From Squalus acanthias (taxonomy: Eukaryota), in assembly GCA_030390025.1 (NCBI GenBank), contig CM059432.1, positions 82,896,001 through 82,960,000 of the forward strand: DNA of 64,000 bases, written 5' to 3'. The notes beneath the pieces are model-generated. The model saw nothing but the letters and a program-made list of their open reading frames with translations. It was not told the origin of the DNA and searched no databases. The position numbers and the translations under genes were made by a program. This document shows positions 24,371-35,904 of this stretch, one piece after another (position 1 is the first letter of the stretch; every line of letters starts with the position of its first letter).

Positions 24371-25216
24371 GTCCCTCCCTAAGGAGTACTGTAGAATTGC
24401 AAATGTGTGTCTATTGGTACTAAATGAGCAGCACAACGTCACTGTTCACTAAATATCTATTATTCTATATGTCCATTTGTTATGTTAAATTATTTCAAGA
24501 TAGAGCAAATGAAAATGATGATTAAAACTGATTATTGAAACGGATAATTGAAATCTTTACATTTTATGGGTGGAGTGTATATGTTGTGATACACAAGGTA
24601 TCGCAATTGTGGGGGACATTCTGGATGGACCAGAGGGTCTTTACCTGTCCGTCATTGTTCATGTATAACTTAACTGCCACTACCATATTTTGAGTAACTT
24701 AAATTTGGAGGGGTTAAGTTACTCCACTGTAGATAAATGTATTTTTAATGTAATAATGTGTTAAGTATTCTAATTTTAGCTTCATTAGACAATAGATTTC
24801 TCTTCATAACTGTATTTGAAGTAATCAGAAAGTAAAAACTGAAATTAAACCGCCAATCTGCTAGGATCCCTTCTCCTTACAGACACTGGTAGACCTGCTA
24901 TGTACTTGAGATATGTACAGACAGATTAAAGTTCATTTTGTAATTCTCATCTGTGCAGCTTAATTGGCATTACTTTTGTGAATACTATGTCGTCATATCA
25001 AAGTTTTTTTTGCAGTATTTGAGGTATGGTAGCCTTTTTATAATGCATTAAAAATAAATCAAATTAACATGATTGATTAGTATGATGACGAATATCCACG
25101 CCACATTTTATAGAGCTCAGAATTAAAATTAGGCCAATTGATATTTTGATTTGAATTGAAAACTACTGATTAAAAATTGGGAAGGATTTACACTGATGTT
25201 ATTCTTCTCTCCTCCC

Positions 25217-26819
25217 AGCACCAACCCGCTTAATCCTGTTCACCGAGACAAAGCACCAACCCCGCTTAACTGTTCACCCAAAGCACCAACTCGCTTAACC
25301 CTGTTCACCGAAACAAAGCACCAACCCCGCTTAACTGTTAACCCAAAGCACCAACCCGCTTAACTGTTCACCCAAAGCACCAACCCGCTTAACCCTGTTC
25401 ACCGAGACAAAGCACCAACCCGCTTAACCCTGTTCACCGAGACAAAGCACCAACCCGCTTAACCCTGTTCACCCAAAGCACCAACCCGCTTAACTCTGTT
25501 CACCCAAAGCACCAACCCGCTTAACCCTGTTCACCCAAAGCACCAACCCGCTTAACTCTGTTCACCCAAAGCACCAACCCGCTTAACTCTGTTCACCCAA
25601 AGCACCAACCCGCTTAACCCTGTTCACCCAAAGCACCAACCCCGCTTAACTCTGTTCACCCAAAGCACCAACTCGCTTAACCCTGTTCACCCAAAGCACC
25701 AACCCCGCTTAACCCTGTTCACCGAGACAAAGCACCAACCCGCTTAACACTGTTCACCCAAAGCACCAACCCGCTTAACTCTGTTCACCCAAAGCACCAA
25801 CCCGCTTAACCCTGTTCACCCAAAGCACCAACCCCGCTTAACCCTGTTCACCGAGACAAAGCACCAACCCGCTTAACACTGTTCACCCAAAGCACCAACC
25901 CGCTTAACTCTGTTCACCCAAAGCACCAACCCGCTTAACCCTGTTCACCCAAAGCACCAACCCCGCTTAACTCTGTTCACCCAAAGCACCAACTCGCTTA
26001 ACCCTGTTCACCCAAAGCACCAACCCCGCTTAACCCTGTTCACCGAGACAAAGCACCAACCCGCTTAACACTGTTCACCCAAAGCACCAACCCGCTTAAC
26101 CCTGTTCACCCAAAGCACCAACCCGCTTAACCCTGTTCACCCAAAGCACCAACCCGCTTAACCCTGTTCACCCAAAGCACCAACCCCGCTTAACCCTGTT
26201 CACCGAGACAAAGCACCAACCCGCTTAACACTGTTCACCCAAAGCACCAACCCGCTTAACTCTGTTCACCCAAAGCACCAACCCGCTTAACCCTGTTCAC
26301 CCAAAGCACCAACCCCGCTTAACCCTGTTCACCGAGACAAAGCACCAACCCGCTTAACACTGTTCACCCAAAGCACCAACCCGCTTAACTCTGTTCACCC
26401 AAAGCACCAACCCGCTTAACCCTGTTCACCCAAAGCACCAACCCGCTTAACTCTGTTCACCCAAAGCACCAACCCGCTTAACCCTGTTCACCCAAAGCAC
26501 CAACCCCGCTTAACTCTGTTCACCCAAAGCACCAACTCGCTTAACCCTGTTCACCCAAAGCACCAACCCCGCTTAACCCTGTTCACCGAGACAAAGCACC
26601 AACCCGCTTAACTCTGTTCACCCAAAGCACCAACCCGCTTAACCCTGTTCACCCAAAGCACCAACCCGCTTAACTCTGTTCACCCAAAGCACCAACCCGC
26701 TTAACCCTGTTCACCCAAAGCACCAACCCGCTTAACCCTGTTCACCCAAAGCACCAACCCGCTTAACTCTGTTCACCCAAAGCACCAACCCGCTTAACCC
26801 TGTTCACCCAGACAAAGCA
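25217..26819. repeat. Minisatellite, ~31 bp unit (caaagcaccaacccgcttaaccctgttcacc) with 29-36 bp variants, about 50 copies
   Basis: Directly visible tandem array with interspersed variant units (+gaga, +c, ctct/cact/ccct). Confidence 0.98.
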
Positions 26820-28043
26820 AAAGTACAGAAAAGTTCAGAAAAAAAGTGCTGAAATGTAGAATATGATTTAAATATATCACTAAATTATGCCAAGCTAATT
26901 TATTAGCGCAAATTTAGGTAATTATAAGTTTCTTCCAGAACTAAAAACTTGCATATCCTGTGCTATAGGTAAAGCTCTTATATGATTAAAGGCAATATGC
27001 TGATGTCCTGCCTGAACATTGCTTAACACAATTAAATGACTGCCAAACAGGAAGAATTCTGTACAAATTCGGATGCAGGCAAAACTATTGAAACAGCAAT
27101 AACATGGTAAAATTTTTTGTTCCATCCTATTACATTAAATCTTTAAGTGTTCCTTCTGTGTGGAATGTTGACAGTTTACAGGTTTTATTATGGAGGAAAA
27201 CAAACCCTCATATATGAGTGATCAATCATTTTGAAATGAGGTGTACACTAAATCCTGGTAGGACTAAATATGATCGAAGTAAATGAGATTTTTTCTGTAG
27301 TATTTTTAACGACTGTAATTTTTTTCTTAGCAAAAATGGTTGCCGTTAAAGTAATTCGGAACAAAATACCAATGGATCTCTAATTGTAATTACGTACGAA
27401 TGTTTACTAGGACTTCAGGTAAGGCAGTTACACTGCTTCTACAACTGATCTTTGTGTTGTTTATTACTGATCATACATCAGTTTTTGTATTGAGCAGCCA
27501 GATATGCAAGAGTTGAGCAACAAGATGAAACAAAATGAGGGAAAATTTCAATAAATCATCTCTTTTGTAATTACTGGCACCAAAAGGAACATTCTGCTTT
27601 TTAAAATATTAATGAAGTGCATTTAAAACATTTTAGTTTGTTGATGTAGCAATTTTCACTAGTTATTTTTTTCCTTCTCAAAGGCATCCCTTGTTAGGTA
27701 CCAGTCAATGCCCAGAGGGCAAGCAGGGAGACTGACCCCAGGCTACCACAAATGTGAATTGTCATTCAGCCATTAGGTGGCATGCAAGTCTGATTTTTCT
27801 TTCCCTTCCTGTGGGGAAAACACCCGATTTCCACACGATGCTTCCATTTGGCAGCATGTACTTGTCATACAAGAACGATAGGTGCAAATCTGTGACCTAC
27901 AACTGCACACTAGCATGGGAGGCAATACTTGCAATCTAGAGTTTTCATGAAACATTAAGCATTTTTAAATTTATTTTAACTTTAGTGATTCTAACTGTGA
28001 CTGTGGGTTCCTGTAATGGCAATGTGATTCAATGAAATCTTAC

Positions 28044-28232
28044 CTTCCCCCTCTTCTTTTATGGACTTTGGTTGAGATACAGCAAAACACTGCATAGTTT
28101 CATATTTCTGAGGTGCTTCCTGGTTATCATGTCCTTCCTCATCAGTCTCACCAGGTGGCTTAACCAACATACGACAGTTAAAAGTGTGGCTGTTTCGTCT
28201 TGGAGTTTCATTAGACCAAGGCACCCCATTTA
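28044..28232 (-). CDS. NCOA2: NCOA2 coding exon ([26 protein letters not shown]...[11 protein letters not shown])
   Basis: Within ORF 27991..28317; acceptor ttttccag| and donor |gtaaga; 189 bp, phase 1 to 1. Confidence 0.97.
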
Positions 28233-29081
28233 CTGGAAAATATAATGGTTTACACAAACAATTCACTTTGAAATGGGAAAAATAATTTGTAATACTGCAA
28301 AAATAAAAATAATTCACATATACTGTTGAAATGTTTCATAGCATGTGACATTGTTTAGTCATGTACAAAGAATATCTGCAAATTTCTTACTCCACATAAT
28401 ATAAATCAGCAATATGGAATCTACCATTCACCTAGTTTGTAGTATTTTTGGAATAAATTTAGCCATATTGAGTACATTTAATTTGGTTATTTTATTTTGG
28501 GGCACAACTGCTAGCCTTGTAATATGACTGAAGTAGGAAACAGTAATATTTTGAACTTTTGATCCACTTTATTGTCCATTAATGACCCAAACAGCACCAG
28601 AGTAGATTTTGATCTGTGTGTGGATGACTGGCAGAGAACGCCAGCTGCTCACCCATTGGACCGGCCATTTTGAGGCTTAGGCCTTATTAGCATGACCCTA
28701 GCAAGCTGCACACCCCGAACGGGCACATGCTGCAGCTCGCCGGTTGGTCAGTGGAGGAATGAGCTGGCTGACAGATAGGCAGGTCGAGGCGAGGCAAGGC
28801 GGGGGTGGATCACAGCAGCCCATGGTATTCTTGTGGAGCCCAGAGGAGCACTCCTGTGTCATAGGACACAGATTTGCATACCAATAGGACGTACCACTAC
28901 GAACCGGGCTGCCCATCAGAAGGCCCGTTACAAGCTGGCGGTGCCAGAGCGCCAGTGTAAATGGAGCACCAAGTGATCAGATGCGATTTTCGGGTCATCA
29001 ACGGCACATTGTTTTATTTTCTGGGTAAACTACTCAAAAGTATTAACTGGATATATTTCACATATTAAAATAGATCCTTAC

Positions 29082-29259
29082 CAAGAGACTTAGGCAAAAG
29101 GTTTCTCACAAACTCTGCATGGTCACCAACATGCAGTATGCTGTATACACTGGAGTTTATAAGCTCTTCCTGGTTGTATTTCAGGTACTGGGTCACATTC
29201 TCAGATACAAACACTATGTGCCCTTCAAGATTGACCACAAAAAAGAATCCATCCAAGGC
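29082..29259 (-). CDS. NCOA2: NCOA2 coding exon, PAS-A ([26 protein letters not shown]...NLLPKSL)
   Basis: Within ORF 29065..29520; acceptor ctttacag| and donor |gtaagg; 178 bp, phase 0 to 1, in frame with neighbouring exons. Confidence 0.97.
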
Positions 29260-29936
29260 CTGTAAAGAACAAATACAATGTTTTAAAGTCATTAGTTCGT
29301 GCACTAACCCAGCTATAATCAGATGATACATCATTCTGCTAAAGTTAGTTAGAAAACAAGAGGTTTGCTGACAAATATCAGTGGCACTTTCAGTTCCAAA
29401 TTTCAAAATTATAACCATCACCAGCTGTTGCATATAATTTTTTGTTCTTAAAACACTTTTTTTGGGAGGAAGCGCAAGTTTCTTCTTTTCTTCAGTAATT
29501 TTATTCCCTTTTTCGTCCACCTCTCGACACCTGCGTGGGTGAATGCATAGACTGCACGCGAGCTAGCATCAATGTCGATGCAGCCAGTTGGCAGCCAGCG
29601 CCAGACTGCCCACACATTACTCTCCCCTTTGATTCCCCTCATTTCCCCCTGCCCCACTCCTGACAGATGTCGCAGCATCCATTATGTAGCGCCTCACATT
29701 GCACTGTTCAGACTAGGAATAGAGTTCATCTCGAACCTCCCTCCATCCTTGCACTGCGCTAGTGTGTCTAACCAAGACTGACTATCACACATTGAAAACA
29801 TAATTCCACAACTCAAACGGCAGCCCTTTCACTGTGCACTACTTTTTCTTTAAAAAAAATTAAATAGGCAATTACAGGCCAAAAAACTCATTAATAACCT
29901 TGCTTGGAAGGGCAGAGGACATAGAGGAGAATAGGC

Positions 29937-30330
29937 TGGGGACTCCTTATTGACTTAGCTGGTTAAAGCAGTCAGCAGTTGAGCCATTCAGACCAGGAAG
30001 ATGCTAGGATCCATCCCCAGTCTGTACTCTATTAGATGATCTCAGTTGGGGCCATAGGATCGCTACAATTAGCCTCAGTGCCCACAATGCCGGGGTTGGG
30101 GGCAAGGCTGGGTTCCAACTTCTGAACATCAGTTAGTGTCTCCTGCTAGAAGTATACATATGGACAGAGAGCAGAGCTGGGATCAGCTGTGCTGTTCTCC
30201 ACGGTCAGATGCTCTGCTGACGCACATTGTCTAGTCTCCCGTATGAAGAATGGTCACTTGGGCGAGGGACTGAAGGGCACCCGATGCCCATAGAGCCTTA
30301 CCTCAGCAAGAAGTCAACACCTTAAATGAG
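29937..30330 (+). mobile_element. Ancient tRNA-derived SINE-like repeat (most complete copy; related fragments near 2770-2930, 20625-20850, 31830-32110 and 34520-34880 on minus)
   Basis: tRNA-like head (ttagctggtt...ggatccatcccc) and degenerate blocks shared across several copies in the window. Confidence 0.55.
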
Positions 30331-30469
30331 GAGTGAAGAGAAAGGGGTGGAGGGGGAACTACAATGGGGAAATTCCAATACTTACTTACTGCCCAATAGC
30401 TTTATAAGATATTTCACCTGCATCTTTATGGCCTTCCAAAGTAAACATACAAACCCACAAAAATGATGA

Positions 30470-31150
30470 GCAAAAGGCCAGCTGGTCAATCGAGCCTGTC
30501 CTGTGTCGTCATGGTGCAACTGAGCATCATGATCCCCAATGCCCCACACCAACCCCCAATGCCCCACACCCACCAGCAGCCACGTAATGCCCTGGGAAAG
30601 GCAAAAAAAACAAAGGTCAATTCAGGGGGAAAAATTTGGGAAATTCCTTTCCAACACCCAAAGGCGATTAAAAGGTGGAGACCACAATAGTCACATTGCC
30701 CAATACACCACCTACTTTTTGTACACTGATATCAGCCACAGCTAGGAATCATCGAGCTCCCCTTTGAAAGCGTGCAGAAAATCCGCACTCATTGCTTGAG
30801 CCGGTAACTTGTGCCAAAGGTCAATGACCCTCTGCGAAAGGAAAAACCTCCCAACATCTAACCTACTTCTATGCTTATATAACCTGTACGCTTGTCCTCT
30901 GGTTCTCCCTAACCTATCCAACTCAAACAGCATAGTTCCTTCATTATTTTAAAGACCTGAAACAAATCTCCCTAAAGTCTACTTTCTTTCCCCTCCCACC
31001 CCAAGAGTAAAGAGACCAAATTCTATAAGTCTATCATGTTAACCAAGAGCTTTGTATCAATCTAAGGGGCCGCCCCGAACCTTTTCCTGGGCCTCTATAT
31101 TACCCATCATGTGAGGAGATCAAAACTGGACACAGTATTCTCGATGAGGA
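30470..31150 (-). mobile_element. Old CR1 3' fragment
   Basis: ORF 30742..30933 RTRG..RL..FFLSQRVIDLWHKLP..FKGELD; EYCVQFWSP-like remnant near 31130. Confidence 0.75.
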
Positions 31151-32180
31151 CCAACTAATGAGCTCATTTCCTTTAAAAACATAAGAAATAGGAGCAGGAG
31201 TCGCCCGTACAGCCCCGCGAGCCTCCAGAAGTATTCTAATCTGGTTGAGGAGTACTTATTAATGCACAGTAAGGTTGCATTAGCTACTACTAATTAGAGG
31301 AAATAAATTCATCTGGCATTACTTAACTTTAGCAACTGTGATATACCAAATTAGAGATCAGCTGCAGTACTTGCAAAGCTATTTTAACAAACAACTGAAT
31401 GTCCTGTTATTTGTTAAGTTAAAATACCACCATAAGTTGAAGGGCAGCGACTGGTTATGCAAGAGGAAATCAAATCAAACCAAAATGGGACACATACAAT
31501 ATTTAGAGAATTTGAAATGCCAGTATATCGCCATTGATATGGTTTGTGTTCACTGCATGCTTTGCTTCAGTATTATGGAACTTGCACTACATTACAATTC
31601 TACATTTTGAGATACAAAATTTAAAACAATTATTAAAGATGGATGAATTAACAGCAGGTAAAAGGTAGGAAGGTATAAAATATCAATTTATATTTGACTG
31701 ATGAAAACCTGATAATACATGAAAACATAATTTCTGAGAAAGCTATCGTGGTGAGCCTTAGTCACATATTGGCTTGTTAAATGTACTATTTAAACTAGAA
31801 GGACTCCCAAACCAAGTTCCTTGATGGTTCAGTTAGTTTATGCAATGGCTAGCTGAACCATATAGACTGTGAAGGTCCTAGGTTCAATCTCCAGTTTAAG
31901 AGAGTTAAGCTGGGTTATAATTGGGAATAAATACCATTCTTTATTGCTATCTCTGCTGGTTGTACATGTGTGTGGACATTGCAGAAGTACTTCATTGTAG
32001 TCTGCAAAATGCATCAAGTATACAAATGGATAGTGGCCATTTGGGTAAGATAGAAGAGGGCAATTGCTGCCTGTGGACCCATACCCCAGCAAGAAGCCTT
32101 TGGGGAAGAGAGACAATTGCGAAGAAAAAAGTTAAATTTTTTGAGTAGAAAAGATCTCAAATCATAATTAATTTCCTTTA

Positions 32181-34506
32181 TCCCTCCTCATCCTACTCTA
32201 GCTGTCTGCAGTATTTGACACGGTTGATTACACCAGCCTCCTCCAACACCTCTCCTCCGTTGGCCAGCTCAGTGGGACTGCCATCGCCTGGTTCCATTCT
32301 CATCTATCCAGTCGTAGCCAGAGAATCTCCTGCAATGTCTTCTCTTCCCGCTCCTGCACCATTACCTCTGGAGCCCCCAAGGATCTATCCTTGGCCCCTT
32401 CCCATTTCTCATCTACATGCTGCACCTCGGCGACATCATCCGTAAACACAATGTCAGGTTCCACATGCACACTGACGACACCCAGCTCTACTGCATCACC
32501 CCCTATCTTGACGCCTCCACTGTCTGATTTGTCACGCTGCTCGTCAGACATCCAGTATTAGATGAGCATAAATTTCCTCCAATTAAATATTGGGTAGCCC
32601 AAAGCCAATGTCTTTGGCCCCCACCACAAAATCCTTTGCCTAACCACTGATTCCATCCCCCTCCCTGGCCACTGAGGCTGAACCAGACCATTTGCAACCT
32701 CGACTTTCTATTTGACCCTTAGCTGAGCTAAAAGCCCCGTATCCTCTCCATCACCAAGACCGCCTACTTTCACCTCTAATAGCGCCCGTCTCGACCCCTG
32801 CCTCAGCCCATCTGCTGCTGATACCCCCATTTATAGGAACAGGAGTAGGCCATTGAGCCCCTCGAGCCTGTTCCGCCATTCAAGGAGATCATGGCTAATC
32901 TGTGACCTAACTCCATATACCCGCCTTTGGCCCATTTCCCTTAATACCTTTAGTTAACAAAAAGCTATCAATCTCCGCTTTAAAATTAAATTGATCTAGC
33001 ATCAATTGCCGTTTGCAGAAGAGAATTCCAAACTTCTACCACCCTTTGTGTATAGAAGTGTTTCCTAATTTCACTCCTGAAAGGTCTGGCTCTAATTTTT
33101 AGACTATGCCCCCTAGTCCTAGAATCCCCAACCAGCAGAAATAGTTTCTCTCTGTCTACCCTATCTGTTCCCCTTAATATCCTGAAAACTTCGATCAGAT
33201 CACCCCTTAACCGTCTAAATTCTGGGGAATATAATCCTAATTTGTGTAATCTCTCCTCACTTAACCCTTGAAGTCCGGGTATCATTCTGGCAAACCTACG
33301 CTGCACTCCCTCCAAGGCCAATATATCCTTCCTAAGGTGTGGTGCCCAGAACTGCTCACAGTACTCCAGGTGTGGTCTAACCTGGGTTTTGTATAGCTGC
33401 AGCATAACTTCTACCCCAGTGTATTCTAGTCCTCTAGATATAAAGCATCCCATTAGCCTTTAATTATTTTCTGTATCTGTTCATGACATTTTAATGATCT
33501 ATGTACCTGGAGCCCCAAGTCTCTTTGGACCTCCACTGTTTTTAGCTTTTCACCATTTAGAAAGCACCCTGTTCTATCCTTTTTAGGTCCAAAATGGATG
33601 ACCCTGCATTTGCCTCCATTGAAATACATTTGTCACAGTTTTGCCCATTCACTTAATCTGTCAATATCCCTTTGTAATTTTATGCTTTCATCTACACTGC
33701 CTACAATGCCGCCTATCTTTGTGTCATTGGCAAATTTGGATAGATGACTTTCTATGCCATCATCTAAGTCGTTAATAAATACTGTGAATAGTTGAGGCCC
33801 AATACAGATCCCTACAGGACACCACTAGTCACATCCTGTCAATTTGAGTACCTACCCATTATCCCTACTGCCAGTCTCCTGCCACTCAGCCAATTTCCTA
33901 ACAAGGTCAATAATTTGCCCTCAATTCCATGGGCTTCTACCTCAGTTAACAGTCTCTCATACTTTTGTTACCACCGGACTCAACTATTACAATACTCGCC
34001 TGGCCAGCCTTCCATCTTCCACTCTCTGTAAACTTCAGCCCTTCAAAAACTCTACTGCTCATATCCCAATTCGCAGCAAGCCCCGTTCACCCATTACCTG
34101 TGTGCTTGCTGAGCTACATTGGCTCCTGGTCCAGCAACGTCTCGAATTTAAAATTCTCATCCTTGTTTTCAAATCCTTCCATGGCCTCACCCCTCATCTC
34201 TAACCTCCTCCAGCCCTACACCCCTCCAAGATCTCTGCACTCGTCCAATTCTGGCCTTTTGCGCATTCCTGATTTAATCGCTCCACCGTGTCTTCAGCTG
34301 CCTGGGCCCTAAGCTCTGGAATTCCCTCCCTAAACCTATCCGCCTCTCTACCTCGTTCTTCGCCTCTCTACCTCTCCTTTAAGACTCTCCTTAAAACCTA
34401 CCTCATTGACCAAGCTTTTGGCTCGGTGTTAAATTTAGTCTGATAATGCTCCTGCAAAGTACCTTGGGACGTTTTAGTATGTTAACGTCACTGTATAAAT
34501 GCAAGT
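32181..34506 (+). mobile_element. L2 LINE RT and 3' end, split by a CR1 insertion (L2 parts 32181-32832 and 33958-34506)
   Basis: [15 protein letters not shown] and [11 protein letters not shown] in the left part; HTFVTTGLNYYN, LAELHWL and KLWNSLP in the right part, collinear across the insertion. Confidence 0.85.
32833..33955 (-). mobile_element. 5'-truncated CR1 LINE (same subfamily as 4453-8557)
   Basis: ORF 32986..33453 encodes the RT C-terminus; 3'UTR nearly identical to 4453-4620. Confidence 0.92.
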
Positions 34507-35904
34507 TTTCGCCTCTTCATTCACCTCCCCTTGCCCACAGAAGATGCTGACTTTTGCTGGCTACCAGCAGCATTCCAGTATCTTGTCCAAGTGGTGATTT
34601 TTCATGTGCATAGCTAGAATTAGTGTCAGAAAACTATTTGGCTACAGAGGTCAGCACAACTGAACCAGATTCTATCCTCATCCAACATCTACACAATGCA
34701 CTTTTCCAGCAGAGGTCACCAGGAACCCTGGTTGATTTTTATACACTTCAACCCAGGGACATCGAGGTCAACTGTAGCAGTCAACTGTTGCCCTGGGCAA
34801 GATCAGTTTAATCAGCAGAGACCAAGAATCAAAGTTGAGATCTTCTGTTCAGTATGGCTCATTGCTACATGCATGTTACAGTAGTGTCTTTCACCACTAG
34901 AACATTGAGGGAAATATATTAAATTTTTTGACACATTTTACATGTAGTTAAGTTGCTTTGTGGACAATGACATTTCACTGGCTCAGAAATTCCTGAAAGG
35001 TTGCACTACGAGGAAGATACGCCGAAGACTGTTTTCAGCGTAAAAGATCAAGGAAATTCAGCCGAAGTCACTTAGTTATTTTTATGCTACGAACGAGTTT
35101 CCTCGATCTTTTGAGCCGATTCAGTAAAACCTCCTCCACTCATCAACATAACCCCACGCCCATGTGAAAGACCAGAGAATGAGTTTCCTGCATTTACGCC
35201 AGTTCTGAACAAGTCTAAATTTATGCGTAACATTTTTGGTGCAGCAGGACCCAAAAATCATATTTCTGGTGTTTTGTGGTGAAATTTTAAGCTTTTGAAA
35301 AAAAAAATCTTCTTACTGAGACCTACACTGTATGTTCTGCATCTCTGAATGCATTTTATTGCATCAGAATGAATTACATTATAAACTGAAAATCTTCCAG
35401 GATTGCAGTCTCTTAAACATGCTGGCCTGGAGCTTCTGCAAGGTTACTTGGAGCACAATTCGCCCAAAATCAGCCAAACCAGCGCAAATGATCGAGGAAT
35501 TTCAAGCGCAAGTTACGCCCAGTGCAAATTGAGTTTCCGCGATCTTTTGTGCTGGTTTAAAAAAACATCGTGCTGGAAGCCGGCCCCACCCACAAACTGG
35601 CCACAACCCAAGATCGAATGATCACCATTGTGAGTTTCTGCTAATTGATCCTGTTGCGGGCCTTCGCAGAGGCGCCTAAAGTGAAACTGTTTTATGTTTT
35701 AGGTGCAAAGGCACCAATAGGCAGCTTTTAAATATTAATAATTTAATAAGAAACTGACTACTGTACACCAATGTAACTAGTAAATGGTTCTGTATAGTTT
35801 TTTTTTAGTCATTTTCAGTTATTTAAAAACGAGTTACTCACAGGTGTGGGCTAGACACTGATTAACAATGCTTATTTTTTGTGATAAACCCATTTTACAT
35901 ATGA

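Noticed and set aside
25217..26819. CRISPR-like array (~31 bp repeats)
   Set aside because: Units are contiguous with no unique spacers, there are no cas genes, and the context is a vertebrate intron; it is a minisatellite.
25217..26819. Interstitial telomeric sequence (taaccct within the unit)
   Set aside because: Only a single hexamer per unit, absent from many variants, and never tandem.
28600..29010. GC-rich patch as a promoter or CpG island
   Set aside because: Short and more like a DNA-transposon remnant; ends and TSD could not be established, so it was left uncalled.
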